Shown piece after piece: positions 56,269 to 64,000 of a stretch of 64,000 nucleotides of DNA; the first letter of the stretch is position 1; every line of letters begins with the position of its first letter. The position numbers and the translations under genes were made by a program. The notes under the pieces are model-generated. The model had not been told where the DNA came from, made no database searches, and saw nothing but the letters and a program-made list of their open reading frames with translations. Origin of the DNA: Planctomycetota bacterium (lineage in GTDB: Bacteria > Planctomycetota > UBA8108 > SXIK01); the NCBI GenBank assembly GCA_965223265.1, contig OZ244999.1:6912001-6976000 (forward strand), given 5' to 3'.

Positions 56269-57774
56269 ATGAGAATCGTACGAGCTCTTGTCGCTGTCTC
56301 ACTTGCTTCCATCGTCGCCGTCGGCTGTAGCAGCGGCGGCTCCAGTGGCGACGCAGCACCAGGTTCAGTCGCGGTACTCATCGGCGACGGACCGGCGGAG
56401 GATTTCGCCGAGATCTGGCTAACCGTGCACGAAATCACGCTCATTCCTGGAGACGTCGTGCTCTTTGAATCGACCGAGGGTGAGCAGTTCGATTTGCTGC
56501 AGCTACGCGACGAGGATCTCCTCCTGACCGTCCGCGACGACATTCCGGCGCGACGCTATAACAAGATCCGCCTCCGCGTTTCCGACGTTCAGGCGGTACC
56601 CAAGGATGGGATCACGGCCGTCTGCAGCGATTTGGAGATCAAGCTCCCGAGCGGCCGCATCGACTTGAATCCTAGAGGCGGGCTCGACGTCGCTCCCGGC
56701 GACACGGTCACCCTGCGACTTGACATCGACGCCAACAAATCGATCGGGCTTCACGCGGCTGGTGCCTCGGGCAAGTGCATCTTCCGCCCGGTCGTCTTCG
56801 TCGACATCGACCCGATTCGTTGTCTCCGCGCCGTCACCGGCACGATCTTCGAGAGCGACCTCGCGACGTCGTTTCGGCTCGATCTCGGAGCCGAACGCGA
56901 CGCAGTGGATGTTAGCGTCGACGCCGATACGACGATCTTTGATGCTGCCGGCGCTGTCGTCGGTCCGGATGCGCTGACGGACGGATTGGAGGCGACAGTG
57001 CGCGGTCGGCTGGCGGCGGACGGCGTCGTCGAGGCCGATCTGATCGTCCTCGGCGACGTGCTCGCCAGCTCCGGCATCGTCTCGGTGGAGGTCAGCGGTG
57101 GGGCGTTCACAATCGACCAAGACGGTACTAGTCTCGAAGTACAGCTCAGCGACGACACGTTGATCGTGCTCGGATGCGACGAAATACTTGACCCAAGCGC
57201 GATCGCAGAAGGCATGCGTGCCCGCGTTCTCCATCAGGATCCTGCGGACGACGGCTCAGTCGACGCGCTTGCGGTGTTTCTCAAACCCGCGGAAGTGGAG
57301 GGAGATTTCGTCGGCCTGTCGGAGATCGACGGCGCCATGTCAATCACCCTCCAACCACCCGTGGGCGACCCCATGAACCTCATGCTGCCTGCGGGAGAAG
57401 GATTCAAGGCCGAAGGAGTCGGCCCCATTGATCCCGCGCTACTGCACGAGCTCGTCGCTTGCGGACCGCAGACGATCCACTTGGCCGTCGACCCGCACGA
57501 CGCGGGTTTGGTCGCCGACGCGCGCCTCACAACCCACGCCATGGAGAGTGTCATCGACGACATCGATTTCGAGAGTTCCACGCTCTTCTTAGACGACAAG
57601 GTGATCGCCATGACGCCGCAAGTGATCGTTGTGGACACGTCTTCCACCGACGATCGACTCCTCTCCCTGGCGGATCTGGCCATCGGGAATAGCGTCCGCC
57701 TGTTTGGATTGAATGCGTGCGACGACGACGAAGTGGATGTTTTCGCGGTCGTCGTCATCGTCTTGGCCGAGTGA
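56269..57774 (+). CDS. Lipoprotein with DUF4382-like and DUF5666-like domains
   Basis: Lipobox VAVGC; VLIGDGP, FDLLQL, YNKIRL, LDIDANKSI, FRPVV; repeated V-D-T...L-G-VRG beta units. Confidence 0.75.
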   Translation: MRIVRALVAVSLASIVAVGCSSGGSSGDAAPGSVAVLIGDGPAEDFAEIWLTVHEITLIPGDVVLFESTEGEQFDLLQLRDEDLLLTVRDDIPARRYNKIRLRVSDVQAVPKDGITAVCSDLEIKLPSGRIDLNPRGGLDVAPGDTVTLRLDIDANKSIGLHAAGASGKCIFRPVVFVDIDPIRCLRAVTGTIFESDLATSFRLDLGAERDAVDVSVDADTTIFDAAGAVVGPDALTDGLEATVRGRLAADGVVEADLIVLGDVLASSGIVSVEVSGGAFTIDQDGTSLEVQLSDDTLIVLGCDEILDPSAIAEGMRARVLHQDPADDGSVDALAVFLKPAEVEGDFVGLSEIDGAMSITLQPPVGDPMNLMLPAGEGFKAEGVGPIDPALLHELVACGPQTIHLAVDPHDAGLVADARLTTHAMESVIDDIDFESSTLFLDDKVIAMTPQVIVVDTSSTDDRLLSLADLAIGNSVRLFGLNACDDDEVDVFAVVVIVLAE

Positions 57775-58213
57775 GACCAACAAACGACTCCTGAAACGCG
57801 CGACACGCTATCGAGGCGCAGCGAAGCGTGCCGGTGTCGGCCTCCCCGTCAACTCATCCTGGCTAGCTGTGGGGATTGCTGTGCCTCCATTGTGCACGTC
57901 GGAGTCCGTGCGAAGATAGCCATCTGTTCGCCCCACGGCACGCGACCGCACTTGCGTCTCACCAGTGCGTAGTTCCGGCTAGAAGTGAGACGCTTGAGCT
58001 CCCGAAGTCGAGCGACGTCCGAATAGACGAGCCCGAAAGAATCTCTCCGGTCGACCCAAAGCGCCAAAAAGAGGGGAAAGTCGATTTCCTTCGCAAGGCG
58101 CACCGATTCGACAGACCTGCACTGACCACCCTTCGGCGAAAGAGTCGCAGTAGAAACTCGCGCGAAATGAGGGTTAACTGGATCGTTCCCGGCAGCCTCG
58201 ATCATCCTCCTCC

Positions 58214-61200
58214 ATGCCCAGGGACACCATGCGATCCACTTCATCTCGCGCGCTTGCGCCTTTCGTCGCACTCTTTCTATCGATCACCATCGTCGCCGGT
58301 GACGGCAACAGGCTCACGTATCTCGACGGCAGCGACCCGTTCTACGTCGGTCTCGACTTTCCACGTCTGACGACAGCTCAGTGGGTCGGCGAGTCGAACG
58401 TCGATGCGGTGGTCGTGCTGGCAATTGACGACATGCGCTCGTACGAGAAGTACGAGGAATACTTGCGGCCGATTCTCGAGCGTCTCAAAGAGCTCACGGG
58501 CAGTGCGCCCGTCAGCATCATGACGAATCGAGTCGACCCGACGACTCCGCACTTCCAGCGCTGGCTCGCTGAAGGTGTAACGATCGAGTGCCACACCCTC
58601 GATCACCCGTGCCCTATTCTCAAGGATGGCGACTTCGCCCGAGCCAAGGCAACGTACGACGGCAGCGTGGATCAGCTCTTCTCGGTCGCCGGCAACCACC
58701 CCGTGGCGTTTCGTGTGCCGTGTATGGATTCGATCAACTCGCCGAGCCCGCGCTTTTACACAGAAATCTTCAATCAGACCACGGCGGCTGGCAACTTCCT
58801 GCGCCTCGACAGCTCGGTTTGCAATCTCACAACAGCAGCCGACCCAGAGCTCCCACGCCAGCTCGTTTTCGACGACGCCGGCAACCATCGCTTCGAGAGC
58901 TACATCCCGTTTCCGTCGTTCGTCAACATCGTCGAGAACTACCCCTACCCGTTCGTGATTGATCGCAAATGCTGGCAGTTCCCTTGCGTCATTCCAAGCG
59001 ACTGGGAAGGCCAGAACAGGTCGGGCAACCAGAGCCCGACGACTGTCGAAACTTTGAAAGCGCAGCTCGACGTCGCCGTCATCAAAAAGGGCACCTTCAC
59101 CCTCGTTTTTCATCCTTATGAGTGGATAAAGAACTCTCAGATTGTCGAGCTAATCGATCACGCGGCGTCGAACCACGGCGACAGCGTGCGCTTTCTCAAC
59201 TTTCGCAGTGCCTGGAATCGCCTCCGCGACAACCTCCTTGGTGGCGTGCCGCTGAGGGCAGACGACGGCGGCGACAATGGTGTTCGCGTTCTTGACGTCG
59301 ATGCCGATGGGTACGTCGATGTCGTCATCGGAAACGGTTCGGTCCGGCAGACGCGCCTCTGGTCGCCGGAGACGCAGTCCTGGACGACGGGGACGTTCCC
59401 GCTTGTCCTCAGCGAGCTTAAGAAGGGTGAGCGAGTCGACGGCGGAGCGCGTTTCGGCATCCTCCAACCGTCGGGGCACGCCAGCGTCGTCGTCAGCAAC
59501 GAACAGACGCGCGGCGCGTGGCACTTCAATGGCACGGGCTGGCAAGAAGACACCGGGTTTTTCCGTGGTTTCTCCATCGACGGCGAGCCCGTTCACACGA
59601 GTTGGCAGGGACGCGATCTCGGTGTTCGCCTTCGTGATATAGACGCCGACGGTATCTGTGAAATCCTCGTCAGCAACCCCTCGAGGCAGGCGATCTTCAA
59701 GCGCTCACCTGACGGTACGATGTGGGAACGCCTGCCGTTCACGCTACCTCCAGCGACGCAGTTCGTGGATACCGCCGGCGGGGATGGCGGCCTTCGATTC
59801 GCCGACTTCAACGAAGATGGTCGCGACGATGTCATCTTTGCGAATGAGGCGCAGTACTCTCTGCATCTTTTCGAATCACATGAGACGGGATGGAGCATCG
59901 AGGTTCTCAACGAGCAGCGCCGCGATCACACCGTCGGCGATGTCGACATTCCACCGATCAGTCGCGGTGGCCGCAATGCTGGGGCATGGTTTCGGTCTCG
60001 CCACCTATGGGTGCAGAACGAGTTCACGTCTGATCTGCCGAACCATGTCGAACGACGCAGCTACAACGACCTGCTGCGAACGCTGACACCGCAGCCACTT
60101 GAGCCGCAGGAGGCTCTGTCTGCTTTCCATATCCACGACGGCTTCCGCATCGAGCTCATGGCGTCCGAACCTCTCGTCCGTGACCCAGTTTCATTCGATT
60201 GGGACACCAACGGCAACCTGCTGGTGGTAGAGATGCACGACTACCCCGAAGGTACCGACGGCGAAGGCAAAGCCGGTGGGCGGATCGTCGTCTTGCGAGA
60301 CACTGACGGTGATGAAGTTCTCGACACGTCGAGTGTCTTCGTCGATGGACTCTCATTTCCTACGGGAGCCCGTCCCTGGCGCGATGGAGTGCTCGTTACG
60401 ACAGTTCCCGACATCGTGTTTGCGGTGGACCGCAGCGGCGACGGCAAGGCGGATGTCGTTGAGACTCTCTACACCGGTTTCGGACATGGGAACGAACAGC
60501 ACCTCGTCAATGGTTTCGCTTGGGGGCTCGACAACTGGCTTTACTGTGCGAACGGCGACTCAAGCGGGATCGTGCGCTCGAAGCGCACCGGCAAGGAAAT
60601 CGACATTCGCGGCCACGACTTCCGTATTCGCCCCGACGAGGGCCTTCTCGAGCTGGTCGCAGGGCAAACGCAGTTCGGTCGCACTCGGAACGACTGGGGC
60701 GATTGGTTCGGATCTAACAATCCGAACCCAATCTTTCATTTCGCACTCGAGAGCCGATTCCTACGCCGCAATCCAATGTTCTCGAGAAGTCGATCGCGTC
60801 ATGTTCTCTATCCGCGTCTGAGTCGGGTCTATCCCACGAGTCGCACTCTGCCACGCGTCAACATGCCACACGAGGCGAATCGTTTTACGTCGTGCTGTGG
60901 ACTGACGCTTCGTCGCGACGATGCGTTCGGACCGCAATTTGAAAACAGCGCGTTCGTCAGCGAACCGGCGCACAATCTGGTGCACCGCATCGAGCTGGAA
61001 CCGCAAGGCGCGACGTTTCGCGGTGGTCGACCGACGGGTGACCAAGGCAGAGAGTTCCTCGCGTCGTCCGACAATTGGTTTCGGCCAACGAAGCTGCGTT
61101 ACGGTCCAGATGGAGCCCTCTGGATCGCCGACATGTACCGCGAGGTCATCGAACACCCTCAGTACTTCTATATCGAAGGATTTGAGGATGTAAACGCACG

Positions 61201-63352
61201 AGCTGGCGAGGATCTCGGACGACTCTACCGAATCGTGCCGGTGAACTATGAGCCCCGGCCGATTCCGACGCTTGGATCGATGAATGCTCACGAACTCGCC
61301 GCACAGCTCGGATCGCCAAGCGGGTGGGTGCGCGACATGGCACACCAGCTTCTCGTCGAACAGCAGGCTACGGAGGTCACCGAGCATCTTCGAGAGCGGG
61401 TCGGCAACTCTTCGAACCCTCGCGAGCGGCTGCACGCTTTGTGCGTGCTCGACGGTATCGGAAAACTCGACGTCAAGCTCGTGAAGATCGCTCTCGATGA
61501 TTCCCATCCGGCCGTGCGCCGGCATGCAGTGCGTCTGGCTGAAAAAGCGATAGAGTCCACGGAAGCCCTGGGCGCCGCCCTGCTCGCCAAACTGAGCGAC
61601 CCTGATCCACACGTGCAACTGCAGGCAATCTACCGCCTCGGCGACTGGAATTCCCCAAAAGCCGGCACCGCTCTCGCGGCGCTCTTTGTTCGCCACTCGG
61701 ACGATGAGTTCCTCGCCAGCGCCATTGAAAGCTCTGCTTCGACACACCTCGAGCCAATGCTCGCTGCGGCACTGCAGGAGACGACGAACGATGCACTCCG
61801 GGAACGGTTTTTGCCCATGGCGCTGCGCTTGAGCGACGATCGCCCCGATTTGAGTCAAAAGATTATCGAGCATCTAACCGAGCCGGGTGCCGCCGGATTC
61901 TCCGCGTGGCAGTATCGCGGCGCCGGGCAGGCCGCCAAGGACCTTGCCGATCAGCTCGAACGCGGCGCAGAGCTCTCGCAGCAAGCACGACGGCGACTCA
62001 ACGCGATGTACGAGCGAGGCCTCGACGTCGCGCGGCAAACGGAAGCGCCGGAAGAACTGCGCCAGGCGGCGCTCAGCTTCGTCGGGCGGGGCGCGCGACT
62101 GCGACGCCAGCAGGACAGTGGGGAAGAACTGGCGGCGGCCGACCTCAATGCACTCTCAGAGATGGTGAATCCACAGACCCCCCCGGCGATCCAACGGGCG
62201 GTGATCGAGAGCCTCGGGGAGTTCACCGACGTTCAAGCCACTGCAACACTGCTCCGTGGGTGGCGACGCTACACGCCTCAGTTGAAGCGCCAGGTCGGTG
62301 GAATCCTGCTGCGACGTGCAGAATGGGCCGAGCGCTTTTTGGACGCCATCGACGCCGACGAAGTCAAAGTTCAGGAGATCGACGCAGTGCAGCGTCGCTG
62401 GATGATGCGCTACGATAACGAGACGATCCGAACACGCGCTAAAAAATTGTTCGTTAGCACGGCGTCGGCGGATCGACAAAAGGTTGTCGATCGCTTCAAA
62501 AACGCCGACGTCGCCGCGGCTTCTCGGGAACGTGGCCTAGTCGTCTTCGACACGAAGTGCTCGCCGTGTCACAACCTCGCAGGTCGTGGCCACAGCGTCG
62601 GGCCCGATCTTGCCCTTCTCACAGACCGATCGACGCCAGCGCTGCTTGTCGCCATTTTCGACCCCAATCGCGGCGTGGAGGAGAAGTACACGCAGTACAA
62701 CCTCGTGACGCGCGACGGCCGTGTTTGGTCTGGGATCTTCGCGGATGAGAGCGGCGGTGCGATCACTCTTCTGGGTCAGGATCGGCAGCGGTTCGAGGTT
62801 GCCAGGAGCGACATCGTCAGTGCCGAGAGCGCTGGGATTTCCCTCATGCCGGAAGGACTCGAAGAGGGGTTGAGCGACGAAGACGTGGCAGATCTCCTGG
62901 CCTTCATTCAACGCCCACCGCCAGCGCCCAAGGTGCTTTCCGGCAACCGGCCACGCGTTCTGATCAGCGACCGGGTCGGCCCGATCGCGCTCGAAGCTGA
63001 GACGGCTGAGCTCTACGGCCCCACGCTGCGTTTCAGCGCCAGAAAAAAGAGCATCAACCGATGGCGTTCCGACAAGGACCATGCGCTCTGGCGCATCCGT
63101 TCGACCGCTGCGGCGAAATACGACGTCCTCATCGATGCCGTCGGTGCGGGTGACTTCACGATCTCTTCCAATACCGAACAAGCGCTGCAGCTGAGTGTCT
63201 CTGCGGCCGATGCGGAGACCACCAAGTCTCGCCCAGCCGGAACACTAAAGCTCTCCGCCGGAGTCACAGTGATCACTTTGCACGCCGATGCGCCGTCAAC
63301 GAAAAACGAGTTGCACGTGCGTCGGATTTCCCTCGTGCCGGCAACAGAATAG
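58214..63352 (+). CDS. Large PVC-type heme-binding (CxxCH) dehydrogenase-like protein with N-terminal deacetylase-like and FG-GAP domains
   Basis: AIDDMR/ECHTLDHP/FRVP (NodB-like); DVDADGYVDV, DFNEDGRDDV (FG-GAP); GFRIELMASEP, WGLDNWLY, FRPT...GPDGALWIADMYR; HEAT-like repeats; CSPCH, VGPDL, SLMPEGLE. Confidence 0.88.
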   Translation: MPRDTMRSTSSRALAPFVALFLSITIVAGDGNRLTYLDGSDPFYVGLDFPRLTTAQWVGESNVDAVVVLAIDDMRSYEKYEEYLRPILERLKELTGSAPVSIMTNRVDPTTPHFQRWLAEGVTIECHTLDHPCPILKDGDFARAKATYDGSVDQLFSVAGNHPVAFRVPCMDSINSPSPRFYTEIFNQTTAAGNFLRLDSSVCNLTTAADPELPRQLVFDDAGNHRFESYIPFPSFVNIVENYPYPFVIDRKCWQFPCVIPSDWEGQNRSGNQSPTTVETLKAQLDVAVIKKGTFTLVFHPYEWIKNSQIVELIDHAASNHGDSVRFLNFRSAWNRLRDNLLGGVPLRADDGGDNGVRVLDVDADGYVDVVIGNGSVRQTRLWSPETQSWTTGTFPLVLSELKKGERVDGGARFGILQPSGHASVVVSNEQTRGAWHFNGTGWQEDTGFFRGFSIDGEPVHTSWQGRDLGVRLRDIDADGICEILVSNPSRQAIFKRSPDGTMWERLPFTLPPATQFVDTAGGDGGLRFADFNEDGRDDVIFANEAQYSLHLFESHETGWSIEVLNEQRRDHTVGDVDIPPISRGGRNAGAWFRSRHLWVQNEFTSDLPNHVERRSYNDLLRTLTPQPLEPQEALSAFHIHDGFRIELMASEPLVRDPVSFDWDTNGNLLVVEMHDYPEGTDGEGKAGGRIVVLRDTDGDEVLDTSSVFVDGLSFPTGARPWRDGVLVTTVPDIVFAVDRSGDGKADVVETLYTGFGHGNEQHLVNGFAWGLDNWLYCANGDSSGIVRSKRTGKEIDIRGHDFRIRPDEGLLELVAGQTQFGRTRNDWGDWFGSNNPNPIFHFALESRFLRRNPMFSRSRSRHVLYPRLSRVYPTSRTLPRVNMPHEANRFTSCCGLTLRRDDAFGPQFENSAFVSEPAHNLVHRIELEPQGATFRGGRPTGDQGREFLASSDNWFRPTKLRYGPDGALWIADMYREVIEHPQYFYIEGFEDVNARAGEDLGRLYRIVPVNYEPRPIPTLGSMNAHELAAQLGSPSGWVRDMAHQLLVEQQATEVTEHLRERVGNSSNPRERLHALCVLDGIGKLDVKLVKIALDDSHPAVRRHAVRLAEKAIESTEALGAALLAKLSDPDPHVQLQAIYRLGDWNSPKAGTALAALFVRHSDDEFLASAIESSASTHLEPMLAAALQETTNDALRERFLPMALRLSDDRPDLSQKIIEHLTEPGAAGFSAWQYRGAGQAAKDLADQLERGAELSQQARRRLNAMYERGLDVARQTEAPEELRQAALSFVGRGARLRRQQDSGEELAAADLNALSEMVNPQTPPAIQRAVIESLGEFTDVQATATLLRGWRRYTPQLKRQVGGILLRRAEWAERFLDAIDADEVKVQEIDAVQRRWMMRYDNETIRTRAKKLFVSTASADRQKVVDRFKNADVAAASRERGLVVFDTKCSPCHNLAGRGHSVGPDLALLTDRSTPALLVAIFDPNRGVEEKYTQYNLVTRDGRVWSGIFADESGGAITLLGQDRQRFEVARSDIVSAESAGISLMPEGLEEGLSDEDVADLLAFIQRPPPAPKVLSGNRPRVLISDRVGPIALEAETAELYGPTLRFSARKKSINRWRSDKDHALWRIRSTAAAKYDVLIDAVGAGDFTISSNTEQALQLSVSAADAETTKSRPAGTLKLSAGVTVITLHADAPSTKNELHVRRISLVPATE

Positions 63353-63441
63353 CCCGACTGCTCGGGAGGAGCGCGGCGGGCAATTGAGACGGAGGCGGAG
63401 GCAGCATCAGAAGCAGATACGGATCCAGAGACGGAGACGGG

Positions 63442-64000
63442 CCGCACACGCACACGCACACGCACACGCTCACACAAGACCGGACGGCACACGGGAGTGT
63501 GCCTGCTACTTTCAGCCCACGCACACGCACCCGCCCACGCCCACGCACACGCACACGCTCACACAAGACCGGACGGCACACGGGAGTGTGCCTGCTACTT
63601 TCAGCCCACGCACACGCACACGCACACGCACACGCACACGCACACACAAGACCGGACGGCACACGGGAGTGTGCCTGCTACTTTCAGCCCACGCCCACGC
63701 CCACGCACACGCACACGCCCACGCACACGCCCACGCACACGCCCACGCACACGCTCACGCTCACGCACACACAAGACCGGACGGCACACGGGAGTGTGCC
63801 TGCTACTTTCAGCCCACGCCCACGCCCACGCACACGCACACGCCCACGCACACGCCCACGCACACGCCCACGCACACGCCCACGCACACGCTCACGCTCA
63901 CGCACACACAAGACCGGACGGCACACGGGAGTGTGCCTGCTACTTTCAGCCCACGCACACGCACACGCACACGCACACGCACACGCACACGCACACGCTC
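63442..64000 (-). repeat. Tandem array of five identical 47-bp REP-like units separated by variable hexamer spacers (continues past the window edge)
   Basis: ACACAAGACCGGACGGCACACGGGAGTGTGCCTGCTACTTTCAGCCC at 63472, 63561, 63644, 63769 and 63906; spacers of 42, 36, 78, 90 and at least 48 bp made of hexamers that are ACGC(A/C/T)C except one CCGCCC. Confidence 0.95.

Noticed and set aside
60761-61873. 370-aa minus-strand ORF
   Set aside because: Lies wholly antisense within the 1712-aa heme protein gene.
63273-63994. Repetitive short ORFs (VCVCV / RVRGRV peptides) as real genes or RiPP precursors
   Set aside because: They are translations of the DNA repeat; the unit period is not a multiple of 3 and there are no RBSs or modifying enzymes nearby.
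63442-64000. CRISPR array
   Set aside because: Spacers are low-complexity hexamer runs of 36-90 bp, two are nearly identical, no cas gene or AT-rich leader is visible, and the repeat has GTAG-REP structure.

Overview
High-GC bacterial DNA, very probably Planctomycetota. The basis is two DUF1501 genes, a DUF1549/DUF1553 gene, a DUF1559-like protein, a PVC-type CxxCH heme protein, sulfatase/sialidase-like genes and the recurrent FxRGDxNxDG dockerin-like module. About 36 real CDS can be supported; most short ORFs in the track are GC-rich shadow frames. I saw no rRNA, tRNA, cas gene, integrase or transposase. Highlights: (1) three tandem secreted non-catalytic paralogs that each carry two cohesin-like, three Fn3-like and one dockerin-like module, close to two dockerin-lamin-tail-CotH-kinase paralogs, suggesting a self-assembling extracellular cohesin-dockerin scaffold carrying kinases; (2) a CRISPR-mimicking array at the right edge with five identical 47-bp GTAG-type REP hairpins separated by spacers of whole ACGC(A/C/T)C hexamers, part of a composite repeat family also seen at 29, 31.7 and 49.5 kb; (3) a BlaI-BlaR1(M56) pair whose sensor is fused to a PQQ beta-propeller and a secretin-like domain, with a promoter bracketed by two operator palindromes; (4) a translationally coupled pair of unknown membrane-anchored helical proteins sharing 15-residue proline periodicity; (5) a sigma54-type promoter before lon; (6) a small TTAA-flanked MITE-like insertion in a palindrome. 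All family calls come from recognising motifs by eye; no database searches were run.
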